Positions 35,641-48,099 of a stretch of DNA of 64,000 bases are shown here, in pieces (within the stretch, counting starts at the first letter, position 1; every line of letters starts with the position of its first letter). The notes beneath the pieces were generated by a model that searched no databases, was not told where the DNA came from, and saw only the letters and a list, made by a program, of their open reading frames with translations. The DNA is from Basidiobolus meristosporus CBS 931.73 (taxonomy: Eukaryota > Fungi > Basidiobolomycota), in assembly GCA_002104905.1 (NCBI GenBank), contig MCFE01000224.1, forward strand, positions 1 to 64,000. Reading direction: 5' to 3'. A program made the position numbers and the translations under genes.

Positions 35641-38300
35641 GCCTTAACTAGCTAGAGCAGCTTTTTCTAATACTAACTTGACTCTGACTTGGGGTGACTT
35701 TCTTTCCTTTCCTTTTCTCATCCTCATCATTATGGCTGCTATGCCTGGGTGCTTCCTATATGATACAATGAGCCATCCCTGATAAATGACATACTGGTGC
35801 ATCTGTTTCTGGCAGCTTTTCCCTTACTGGCATTCTTTCTGCTAAGTGATACTTTGTTATTATTTGCTTACAGCATTTAGCTGTGTTTTTAATAGCACTT
35901 GGGGAAACCACCAGTTCTTGACCTGAGCTCTCTGTCATTTCTGCATTTCATAATCACTTCTATTCATGAGGTATCTTCTCAGCATACTAATGCTGGCCCA
36001 AAATACCTTTGCAGCTTTGATTATAAAATACTGCTCTTGGAGCAGGTCAATCTCATTATGCATAGCCTTTGGTACCTGATGGTCCCATGGTATGAAGGCC
36101 TACATTTGATTGTATGCAGACTTCTCACAGCCAGTCAAGGATTGATTCAGTAGTGCTGCCAAATATTTTATACCCAAGGGATGTACTTGACATTTCAAAC
36201 ACAATATTGTTGTCCATACTCGAACACTGCAAGCAGCACATTTCACAGAGCAAATATTTAGTAGTCAGAATAAAATTGCAGTATAGACTGCAAGATATTG
36301 GCCATTGGTCAGAATAGGGAATCAATCAGAAGTAGAAAACAACTGAAATCATGGGGATCTGTTGCTACAAAAGCAATTGGTTTGTTAGCTCTTCAAAATT
36401 TTCAAGGTAGTAATTGCAGAGCTGTAATTAGGGTGATTCAAGCTAAACATGCATGTTGAAATACCAGACATACTTAGATCTGTCCAAAGACAAACAGTCC
36501 ACATTAGGGTCCCATAATGCCTAGCAAAGTCTGCAGAGTGCCTGTCACAATACTTGTAAGGCTCTTATTTATAGACCAGCAAAGACAGCAAAACACCATC
36601 ACAATCTTACCATAGGATTTTTAAGAGGTCAAGAATGTCAAGCTGCTGGGATAGGTTCAGACTCATTGTAGGATTCTCATTTCTGATCTGGATTGGATTC
36701 ACACAAGAGGAAACAGCATAAGCTCAGGATTTGTATGTCTCAGAGAAAATATAAAATATTTATTGGCAAATCACCTGACTTTCTGATACCCTATTGGACC
36801 AAATTAAGTCCAGGAATATAAGGTTACTTGTCAATCAAGCAGCCAATTTCCAAGTTTTGAAGCTTGGTTTATTGCTCTATATACACCAAGTATGATGAAA
36901 CAGAAAATTTTTACAGCAGCAGCAGCAATCTTGGCATTCAGCTTATGCTTCAATTATGGCTCCTAAAAGTGCATCAAAAATGCTAGCAAATAAGCTGCAA
37001 GTGCACTAAGTTGAAATTGGTTATGGACTTGTGAGCAAGTACTCATTACATTTTCTTCAAACAACATTTGCAAATTTCAAAGTATTTTGGGTCGTGACTG
37101 ATTTAAAAAGCCACCTCAATAAATACTGGCCCATCTCAGCAGCTCCTTGCATTAGCATTGTTTGATATAAGTGGGAAATACTTATTGGAGCATATACAAA
37201 GTGCTTTATGTTCAAATTGGCAATCAGTATTAGTATATTTTTAAAGAGCAAAGGCATTGCTTCAACAAACTCATCCCATTCAAAGACTTTCCAGTTTAAC
37301 ATTTTTTCCATACTCTGGCCAAAAGGTTGCAGCTTGCCAGCTTTACTGAACATATATACTGACTCTGGTACATCACACTGCCAAAACATTATAATGAAAA
37401 TATTGATGTTTAGGTAATAATAATGTGCTTAACTTATAACCAAGCTGCTTAGATAGAGTACACTTAACAGCAATACTATCTGTTATGTTTGAACTGCTGA
37501 CTATCTTGCTGATGGCTTAGGTAAATCCAATGTAAAGAATAAGAAGTTTGTGCTTGTTAGGAGCCCACTAGCTTGCATATGAGATTCTTCAAACAATTGA
37601 TTCAGGGAACTTTCTATCTTGGTGCTTTTTGGGCCTAGATGAAAATGAGGCCACCGTCAGATTATCAATTTGGTATTTTACTGCTGGCAGTTAATTCAAA
37701 TCAATCAAAATTGGTTGCTAGCAGGATTTGCTGTTAGAGTGCTTACTTAATCAGAGTTCATTAACCCTAAGAGAAAAAATAAGAAAAAACCAGCAGAATA
37801 CTTTCATGAAATCTGAAGAGTATGCAACTTCTCAAAAGTGACTGCACTCAGTCTATCAGGCTCTAGGAGTGGATTGATAAGCAGAAATAATCTCTGTGAG
37901 GAGACTAGGCAACAGGCATTCAGACTAAAGTGGAAATTAACTGCCAACCACTTCAATAGGAAATTACAATAGAGAATTCAGACAAGAAGTACCAGCTGAG
38001 TACCAGCTGAATATCAGGATAGCTTCAAGGTAATGTATTGCTGGGTGCATTGTGATTGGCAATTTGTATTATGTACTCAATATGTTGTACATGGGGGTGA
38101 TTATAGTAATCAGTAGGTTCACATTGTCAAAGCCCCAATTGCAGATATTGGTGGCAATATGTCACTTTTGGGCCAAAACATTACATCACTGATTGTTGAA
38201 TGGATAACTCAGCTCACTTGGCATCATAAAATATCCTATTTCTCCATGAGTGTTGTCTTATTGCATATAATAATTTTTCCTGTCTCATACAGTGTGCTCT
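35640..38300 (-). pseudogene. Diverged CACTA subfamily relic (ORF2 pieces and Tnp2)
   Basis: GQSMEK.LNW..AMPLLFKNI, GPK, SKSC and TTKYLL blocks align to Tnp2; 35640-36150 resembles ORF2. Confidence 0.6.
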
Positions 38301-38589
38301 GTATAAGGATATTGGTTTGTGTGTATCAATAAGCCTTCTTCTTCAGGACTATCACTTTTCTCTCAACAGGCTCAAGGCTTTGCTGCTTGTGACTTTGGAG
38401 TAGAGACAAAACCTGAGTAATCCTAGCAAGCTTTTGCCAGAAGTAATCCACTCAGTAGATTCCCCACAAACAAAAATTTCAGAAGTTCCTCATATAAATT
38501 CTTCCTGGACTCATTCACCAAAGCATTTTAAGATTGCAGCATGAGAGAGCTCTGACAAGCTCCCTCAGAACCACAAGATTTACAAGGGA

Positions 38590-40829
38590 GAGACCATGAG
38601 ACATATTTTAAAGTCTCAAAACCAATAGATATTGAGGATCAGTGAGGCCACTGAGTGCAATGATCAGGAGGTGGAAAATATTCAAGAGGTTATAAGAAGT
38701 CTGGCACACCATTTCCTGAAGGCCAACATACCTTTGGACTGTCAGGAACTCAAGGCCTAGAAGAACATACTGGATACATTCCATGAGTATTGTCCCAGAT
38801 TCAAACAAGCAATTACATCTTGGGCTAGCATTGATATTTTAAGACACTCTTAATGTAAGAAGATTTAGGATGCCATAGATAAATACCAGAGGCTTCCTTA
38901 AAACCTCATCAGAAGTATGGCCAAGAGCCCAGAGTAAGCACCAAAGAAATGTCTAGTAGCCAGAAAAGTGCAGGTAGGCAACAAAATGTCAGAAAAAGCT
39001 TATTAGGGGTTATTAAATGGAGTACAAAACAAGCAGCACATAGTTATGGTAGCAGGGAAAGAACTGGCAGTGCTAAAGGTAAAGATTAAGGCAAAATTTA
39101 CCCAACCACAAGGTAGACATGTATGGAATAAAAGCTGCAGTTCTTACCAATCAATGCAGTCAGCCCAGAGCAGACTGAACACCCTAATAGCTGCAAAGAA
39201 CATCTGTAAAGACAATAGCTGCTCTGTCAAGAGCTGAAAGTGCAGCCACTCAAGCTTTGCTCCAGGGAGGTTGATGACTTTGTAGACAAAGGCAATCCAT
39301 CTACAACAGTTGCTACATCCTCCATTGCAGACACAGTGGAGATCCCACTGACTGGCAAAGCAATGATATCAAGAGCTCAGAGGACTATGACAATAGGCTT
39401 GCTGTATTGGATAGTGCCATGTATAGCCATGAGTGCCATATGATTCCATAGTGTGCCAGAAAGGCCAAGTGAACCAATACTTGGCCACAGAGTGTGAAGC
39501 ATAGCTCAGCATCTTCATGCAAAGCAGCCCCTGTGTTTCACCCATTGTACTGGAGAAAATCCATTTTTTGACCTTTTTTTTTGGATCAATGTTGTGCATG
39601 ATGTATAAGTGCACAAAAGGATTGAAGATATGCATCTGGTACCCAATACCCATGGCACTCTGAATCTAACTGCTCTGGCTTGTATCATGTCATAAAAATG
39701 CATGGCACTATCTTGTTCCACTGGCACTATCAGGCACTATATTTAAATATTAGCCTTACAGTAAAACCTATAAAAAACACTTATAGTGCTAGTTAGTACC
39801 TGTAGACCAAGATAGTGCCATGCATTTCTATAACATGATACAAGCCACAGGAGCTAGACTCAGAGTGCATGGGTATTGAGTACCAGATGCATGTCTTCAG
39901 TCCTTCTGTGCTCTTTTACATCCTGCATAACATTGATTCAAACAAAAAGGTCAAAAAATGAATTTTCTCCAGCACAATGGGTGAAACACAGGGGCTGCTT
40001 TGCATGAAAATGAAGAGCCATGTTTCACACTCTGTGGCCAAGTTTAGGTTGGCTATGCCTTTCTGGCACACAATGGCTCTATTTGGCACTCATGGCTCAA
40101 TGTGGCACCATCTAATGGAACAAGTCTAATACCTACAGTGCAACTTTGGAGCATTTATAGGCATACCAAGCAGTTGCAGCACTTCTTCAAGAGCAGTGTT
40201 CAGGATAATGCACTTGAAAATTGCAAGGATCTATTGTAAAGTCTGGTAGATGAGATACTGGACCTGGCAGTGCTGGCCAGAAGCCAGTATATATGAGAAC
40301 CAGTAACTAAATTAAGGTATAAATCCATAGGGTTCTCACTAAAGCCATGGAAAATGGATGCTACAACTAGGGCACTTATTGAATTGTGAATTTCAACGGT
40401 GTTACTTGCTGTGTGTGATGTTGGGCTCAATATCAGTCTTTCTTTTGGGGACTTGTATAGCTCCATATAACAGGCTGTTGAGATGCAGTTAAAGTTGCAA
40501 TAGAAATAAATATATTTGTATGAATGATATGTAACATAACTGGATGAGTAACAAAGTAAGGAGTGTGAAAAAAAGGTAAGGGCCTATCAAATGTAGCATG
40601 TAAATGAGTGTCTGGGACCAGAGAGTGAGAGTTTGGCAGCAAAACAATCAAAAGCCACTTACAAATTGTTGTAATGACAATTTTTGACTAAATTCTTTAT
40701 ACTTTTGTATGTGCAACTTTTTGTCAACAGTTTTTGCATAGTATCCTAGCAGCATCAGTACCTCTTAGTTGTGGGATTTAAATTCTTTCATGACCAGTTG
40801 ATGGCATCATCACAATTGTATTCATAGGG
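38590..40829 (+). mobile_element. CACTA copy D (ORF2 3' part and terminus)
   Basis: Aligns to ~9040-10765; ends TTCATAGGG. Confidence 0.7.
39395..40127. mobile_element. Complete foldback MITE, 733 bp, with ~330-bp inverted arms
   Basis: AAT TSD at 39392-39394 and 40128-40130; right TIR ATGGAACAAGTCT; arms are reverse complements around a ~70-bp spacer. Confidence 0.85.
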
Positions 40830-40849
40830 CTTGGAGTTGAAGACCTAAG

Positions 40850-41720
40850 GCACTTACAAGGACCAGACTGCCCATACTATCAAATGAAAAACACATTCAT
40901 CAGTGTGAAGACCCAGCTTAACCACAGCCATAGTCCCAGGCTATAGCCACATTGACAATAACACTCTGCCTTGCACAAGAAGCTTTCCAGGGCTTGGCAA
41001 AAAGTGCTGATCTATTTGCACTCAAACTTGGAAAGGCAGGTATACTAAGCTCTGCAGTGACTAAAAAAACACCCATCTTTACAATACTCTTAGAATATTA
41101 TCTGCCAGACCAGTTAACTAAGGAGATAAAGAGGGCTGTTACTGATAAGCAGACCCATGCCAACCACAGAATTGATGACCTGGCAAACTGCTGCAAAAGC
41201 TACATCCAATTATTAATGGCTCTGATCAAGTAGAAGCAGGAAGCTAAAGACCTTTGCCAATACACTTCACCTGGCGTGATCATACATAGTATGACAGAGG
41301 AGTATTCTCAGTGCTTAGTCCACTTTCAAAAGATGGACCTGTAGAATTCAATGCCTTGGAATATATCCTAACATGCAAGTAATGAGGACCTCTTTCAGGA
41401 TATGTAGGGGAAAATAAATACAATCCTAGATGGTGCTTGTCATTATCAGACATCATCCCTGTTCTCTGATGCTCAAGCTAAATCAGGTTACTGAGGAAGT
41501 ACCAGTTCTTTCTAGCAAGTTCTACAACATTACAGTAACTTCTGGAAAGCTCTAAGTTAGCATCACATAATGGAACATTTGACAGAAGCTCCCCTTTGGA
41601 ATTTATATTGCTAAATACCATAAATGGTAATGACCTAGTCACTTGATCATCAAAAACCTGACATATCCCAATGTGATATTCTAGTCCATTCTTTAGCATA
41701 TCTCTATCTTGATATAGTTA
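40850..41720 (+). other. Unassigned decayed coding-like DNA, possibly gypsy gag/RT
   Basis: Weak KDG...EF and KSGY motifs at ~41300-41490. Confidence 0.25.
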
Positions 41721-41934
41721 CTGTGCCTCTCCCCAGAGCCTCATTAGTATTAGCCAATTTCTCTTGGCATCCATATTGCCAAAACATTTATATAGTCCTA
41801 TCCCCCCTTATATATTCCTCAGTCTGATAAACACAGGTCTTGAATAAATAGCCTTGCCTTGGAAACTGCCTTGCCTTGTTGATCCACACCTAAGTTCTTT
41901 CCTGGTCCTGCCCTGTGTCTATTAATAACACTAA

Positions 41935-42220
41935 TAGTTAATCAAGATAATGCTATGCATTTCTGTCAGATATCACAAGCCTCTGCAGCTAGATTCAGAG
42001 TACCATGGGCATTGAGTACCAACTAGTTGTCTTCAGGCTCTCTAGATTCTTACATGCTATATAAAACATTACCCCTAAAAAAATGGTTAAAAAGTGGTTT
42101 TTCTCAGGTGCATGGTATGAAACACAAGAGCTGCTTTGCATGATGATGTAAAGCCATCTTTTACATTCTGCATCCAAGTATAGGTCAACAATGCCTCTTC
42201 AGCATGCTCTGGCACTCTTG
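41935..42220. repeat. Foldback MITE right-arm fragment
   Basis: Homologous to ~39805-40060. Confidence 0.65.
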
Positions 42221-42299
42221 GAGTGTGGTGATGTAGAGGCACTTTTGGGAGAATCTATATAACACAGGGTTTGTATGGTGCTTGAAGGGTGCAGTTACC

Positions 42300-42735
42300 T
42301 CTGTTTCTAAACAGCTGGTGTCTCCATCAATGTGTCAATATGCTAAAAGCTCCTGCTTTTCTAGCTCCCTATAAGCCCCATGTATCTCCAAAGGCCTCTG
42401 CTTGTGTAAGTGTACTATAACATCTGTATGGATAAACTTGTCTGCAGAAGATGTATTCACCCTATCATAACAAAACAGGACTAATCCCTTGGATCTTACA
42501 TAATTGCCATTGGCACCATCCATTGTGCCCAAAAAGCATTTATGCTAATGCTAGCTGGGCGGTCTTCTATGCAAATAATCATAAGTGCTTTGACATTATG
42601 GCTATTAACTGGTATCTGACTGCATTGCATAGAATGTTCCGCCAGTAATGAGTATAGGTAGCTATCCAGGTCTGAGAGCAGTTTAGACCCAGATAATGGT
42701 GAGACTACCATCAGATATCAGCGCTGAAGTTATGA
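42300..42735 (-). pseudogene. CACTA Tnp2 fragment
   Basis: MVVS.LSGSK..SDLDSYLY; homologous to ~2050-2440. Confidence 0.7.
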
Positions 42736-42742
42736 GATGATT

Positions 42743-44313
42743 TGTTGTGTTATATAGTGATTAGTCTAGGGCTTGTTCTACAATATAGAGGCTAATCAAC
42801 AATATACAACAACTTCCAGTATGCTAATACTGAAATAGTTTATTGGGAGTTTGATACACCAATAGAAGATGTAACTTTCACTAATATCCTCAATCTTAGG
42901 CTCAAAATCTTCTGTAGGCAGTGTTTCTCACTTGTACAGCAGTGTTCTGACCTTCTGTTGACTGTGAGGCTTATTTACTTCCATAGTAGCTTTTCCTTAT
43001 TACAAGTCACTTTCCTTTCTGAGATAATATTTCCTAACATGGAAATTCTGAACCCCCTATAACCTAAAGGGGTGGGTGCCAAAGTCTCTAAAGAGGACTT
43101 TAGACCTAAAGGGCTGTCTTAAGGTGAATCTTTAGAGTTAAGGGGCTTCTTACAATGGTCTCTAAAGTGGACTTTACATTCAAGGGGTGCATAAAGGGGC
43201 TTCTTTGGCGTAAGGGGGTTTCTTAAAGGGGCCTCTATAACGGTGTCTAAAGGGGTGTCTCTAGACCTAAAGGGGCTTCTTATGGGGGACTTTTCCAACA
43301 GAAAAGTGGTAGTTCTCTTGCAGAACTTAGATTGGATTCTTGTGAGCTTTGCAGTCTCTTTACTGATTTTGCAATAATCAAAGTCATAATGCTCAACAGT
43401 GCAAGTCATACAGGGGAAGTCTTATAGCCTTTAAACCTGTAACGGTAGTGTGGAGATTCTGGAAAAAGTGGCTCACCCTTTATTTTTCAGTTGGACAAGT
43501 CATATATATGAGAATTCTGGAGGATCAATTTGTTGCGATTTAAGAAGTGATTTGGATATAAGGAACATATCAAGAAATAGTGATAGTAGTTGAAATGTTG
43601 ATTATTAATGAAGAAGCTCAGTGTTTATACCTTTGTAGAAGTAATACAGCTGTAACACTAAGTAAGGAGGGTTTCTCAATATTCAGGAGCATTCTGTGAC
43701 AGTTTCAGGGTTAGTACATAATAGTTAGTATTAGTGCTAATTTGATCCTGACTATAGGGGAATAATCATAAGATCATAGATCTAAAGAAAGTGGCAAAGT
43801 TAGAGCTGTAAATTAGTCCCACAGTGACTAAGACTAGTCCAGAATTGTTAGGTAAATTTTTAGCTGCTGAATGATACCAAATAGTCCAATATTTCAACAC
43901 ATTTTCTTGAACAATTGCGCAAGCAGTACACATCATACAGAGCTACAATCTTGCAGTGGTGTAGATTGGACATAGGCGCAGCACCTGTGATAATATGACG
44001 TGATTTGACTGGCTTGTTCAAAAGTGACACAAAATTGAAGTAACTATAATAATCCTAGCAATAGAGGCCTAGTATATATGGTAATTGAACTCTTTTGAAC
44101 ATAACTCCCCAAGTACTGCTTGATACATGCTAAAATTGAAACAAGTGTTGGCTACTACATGTTCTGCATGATATAATATTCATGGCTGGATTGCTTGTCA
44201 TGGTCTTGAGCTTGTGTCCTCTGAACTTGCAATTTCTTGATCTTTCATGTGTGAACTACAATAGCAGAAGCCAAATAAGGAAATCAACACCATATTAGTT
44301 TTGAAATATACAT
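42743..44313. repeat. 1.2-kb G-tract repeat family, copy 2 (contains a solo copia LTR)
   Basis: Starts TGTTGTG; colinear with 60630-61826; right end approximate. Confidence 0.75.
43531..43899 (-). repeat. Solo LTR of copia family 1
   Basis: 369 bp, TGTTG...CAACA, close to the young LTRs; flanks CAATT/CATTT. Confidence 0.9.
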
Positions 44314-45899
44314 ACTGGCAAATTTAAGCTGGTAAGGATCAGTAGCCAGCAGGATTTGCTGGTATTGTACTTGTTTAGGAGGATACAGTTACTGGTGACT
44401 TTACTCAACTATGCATATGTTGCTCAGAATAGTGCTTTTTTTACTTGATTTACTTGTCATAATAATCCAGACTCATATCTTTCAGGGGATGTCTTCTTGT
44501 ATGAGTATACTTTACATTGAGTAGTATTTTGCCGCTTTTACCTATTCTGCTGTTTTCTCCTGTTTGTGACTTTCCTTAGAATTTACCTACCAATATGCAG
44601 AATCTTTTTTGATATACAAATATATGCTCTACTCTCACCTTGGAATGATTAAAATCTCATTGTATAGATTCTGCTTCCTGCTAAGCACCCCATTTCATAG
44701 CTTCATATAAGCTGTATTACATCCTAATCTCTGACAATCCTCTTGTATATGTGCTAAGTCTGCTGTACATTTCTTCCCTCTACTAAATAGTGGATGAGTT
44801 TCTACCCAGAGTACTCTGTCATGCCTACTCCTAAGAAACAGCCCACTAAACCAGATGATGTTATCCTCAATGTCAGCCAGTGTTTGAACTTCACACAGTG
44901 TGCCTTGTATTTGCCAGAATAGAAGTATCTCTGCCTTCTGAAGGTCTGTCAATTCTCAAAGGGAAGGCATCTCAAATACTCCTGTTAAGGAACCTGTAAC
45001 TGATCATTCTGGAAAATGGAAGTCTATTGCTGCCTATTAATATCAAGTTTTTTCTAAGTCACTGATACCCTTTGCTAGGTGGTTCTCTATTGCTGTCAAC
45101 TGGGATTGAAAGCTTCCAGGACTTTTGCTGCCATGGATGGTTGAATGAAATCTAGTAGGGCAATAGTTGTTAAGACTGTGGAGAAGCTTAACAAGGGATC
45201 TTCTAGAGTAGATTGGGGTTGAAGCTCCACAGTACTTGGTACAAATCTCCTCTAATGCATCAAGAAAAATCAAGTGGTAGTGATGGGATTTATGGCAAAG
45301 GACCATTTGGATGACTAAATTGTGTTAATATTGAAAACAATTGCAGTGAAATGGGTAGAATTGATTTGAAACAGTCAGCTTGATTTATGTGACTTTGTTT
45401 ATCTTGAAATTGAATCTCCATCAGTTGTTATATATTTGATGATTATGTCTCAAAAATCATTTTCAAGCAATGACCAGGTGATTTTGTTAATGGACTACCC
45501 ACAAGTCTATAATCAAATAGGAAATCTGCAGCAGGTATGATACAATTGGTGTCAATGCCCCTATAAAAATTATTGAGATGATCCCATCAAAAGGCTGTCA
45601 CAAAGTTAAAGTCCCATAATTAATAGGTACTGATCCTGTCAGGACACTGTCCAGAGACTGTTGAAAAATAGTTGCTCCCCAGATTTCACAAGTAACTTGA
45701 TCAAGATTTCTCATCATAACAATGTATAATTGGCTTTTGATTGGTTCCCTGTCAATTCACTCAGTTTCTGATCCCCAACACTCTATCACCTCCTAAATTT
45801 GTGTTCATTGATAGGCTATTGCCTCTTTTTCACACTCCTTACTTCCTGACTCAACGGTTTCTCTTACTGTTCATGCATGCAAATTGATTTATTTCTGTT

Positions 45900-47950
45900 G
45901 AAACTTCAGTTGTACATCAATTGCCAATTGTATTGACCTATGAAAGTCCCTATACCCTATACTAACATTAGGCCCAACCTTGCACTCAACAACTAACTCC
46001 ATCAAAATCCACTACTCAATAAGCATTTCTGCTGTTACGCTCTGGTTCCACAACTCTGGTGGGAACCCAACAGCTTTATGCCACTGTTAATTCACTGGTT
46101 CCCATGCATCCTGGTCTTCAGCCAACACTGCAAGGTCTAGCACCTCATCTACCAGTCTTTGCAATAAGTCCTTGCAATATTCCAGTGCATTTTCTTGAGC
46201 ACTGCTCTTGAAGAAGTGCTGCAACCTCTTGATGTGCCTATTAATGTTCCAGAACTCCAATGTAGGCATTGTGGTAGTCTTCAAGCACTTGATGCTGTAG
46301 CCTTGTCTGTCAATGGGATCTCCACTCTGTTAACAATGGGGATGTGGAAGCTGTGGTAGACAAATTGCCTTTTTCAGCAAACTCATCTACCTTGCTGGAG
46401 CGTAGCTTAACTGGCAGCGCTTCCAACTCTTGCAAAAACAGCTGTTTTCTTGGTGGTTATTCTTCCTGGCTATGATGGGATTCAGTCTATTTGTGACTTG
46501 TAGCATTAATTGGCAAGAATTGCAGCTTTTTTGCATGCACCCCTGCCTCATGCCTAGATAGACATTTTTCCCTTCACCTTTTCCTTTATCACTGCCAGGT
46601 CTTTCACTGCTACCTTATCAGAGTGCTTCTAGTAACAAACAGCTTCTTCTCCTGGATAAACTCTGCTCTGATGCATCTGTTTTGGCCCATTTTTCCCTTG
46701 CTGGCACTCTTCTGCCAACCTGATGTTTCTTTTCCACTTGTCTTGAGCTCTCAACTGTAGTTGTGACAGGCTCATGTAAGAGCAGCTGGTTTTTATCACC
46801 GCCAAGTCCTTCACTGCTACTTTGACTGGGTGCCACTTGAGCTGTACTACACTTTTTCCTTGACAAATGTTATGCTGGTGCATATGTGTCTGCCTGCTTG
46901 TCCCTAATTGGCACTCTTCCAGCTACCTGACATCTCTTTGATGCTTGTCTGGAGGTTTTGGCTCTGCTTGTAATGAGTCTTGAGGAAGCTGCTGGTTTTT
47001 AGCCATAGCACCCTTATTCTTCTGCCTTTGATAGTTTCTGCTATTCTTAAGATACTTTCTTAGCATACCAATGCTGGCCCAAAACCCATTTGCCTGTTTG
47101 AGTCCAGGATAATGCTTATGGAACAAGTCAAGTGCATTCTGCTTGGCCTTGAGTTCCTGATGGTCCCAACATATGCCAGCCTTAAGGTGATGGGGTGCCA
47201 GACTTCTGACAGCCTCTGGTGTACTAGCCCACTCCTCATTATTGCACTCAGCAGCTTCATGGATCTTCAATGTCTTTTGATTTTTAGGCTTTGGTATAAC
47301 AACATTGTCTCCCTCCCATACTGTGATAAGTTTTTCTGTGGGCTTTATATTTGGGCACTTTTGTTGTGCTTCAAAGACTGTACAGTATTCCTCTTCTGTT
47401 AAATTGAGAAATGGCTCAGTTCTTGGCTGTGACATTGGGCTACTTGAGTTCCTTCTTTGCAGCAAAGATACTGCTTTCTCTACCTGGGATATGGATTGCT
47501 CTACACATATTACCTGCTCATCCTGTTTCTGGACTATTTCCTGACTTCTCTGCACCATTGCTTCTATTCTATCAGCCACTGCACCTAACTTCTACAACAA
47601 TGCTTTAGTATAAGCTGACAACATACTTGCTAATATAGGTGGTGGTGATATTTCATGTCCACTTGCTGGTCTTCTGCTGAGAGTACTGCATTTCCTACAT
47701 TCTCATCTACCTGAGCATAACGGTCAGCTTGTGGCTCTGCGGTGGTTCTCAATTGCAAACTTTACTGGGAGCCTGAGGAGTCTTCATTATTACCTTGAAT
47801 GGGCTCACTGTCCACAGGGCCTTTTTTGGATGTAGCCCCACTTGTTGAACTGAATGTCAAAGCAAGCTGTAGTCCAACTGTTCTTCTGTTGTTGTCAGTG
47901 GTGGGGTGTGGTTGAGAACCAGACAACTTTGCTTTATTTTTTGGCGGCAT
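45900..47950 (-). pseudogene. CACTA ORF2 (unknown protein), multiple stops
   Basis: MPPKNKAKLSGSQPHPT start; 218-aa open segment at 46923-47579. Confidence 0.75.
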
Positions 47951-48099
47951 ATATATGGAAGTGAGTCAAACCAAAGGGGAAATAATGCTACATATACATG
48001 TGTATATGGTGCCACAACTTTATTTATAATGCTTACTGTGGCAGGTCATCACTGAATCTTACATTCATGTAGGTGCAATGTCTCAAATTCAAAACTGTC

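Noticed and set aside
36200-36290. CAACS...CLKC frame resembling a piggyBac cysteine-rich domain
   Set aside because: Another frame on the same strand (TTKYLLCEMC) matches the Tnp2 C-terminus of the surrounding relic.
43060-43295. Interstitial telomere or CRISPR-like array
   Set aside because: Units are irregular and degenerate, lie inside a dispersed repeat, and have no constant repeat/unique spacer structure.
45556-45558. 2-bp TG TSD with a CCCC terminus for the CACTA element
   Set aside because: All other termini end in GGG followed by variable bases; the 3-bp TGC duplication gives symmetric ends.
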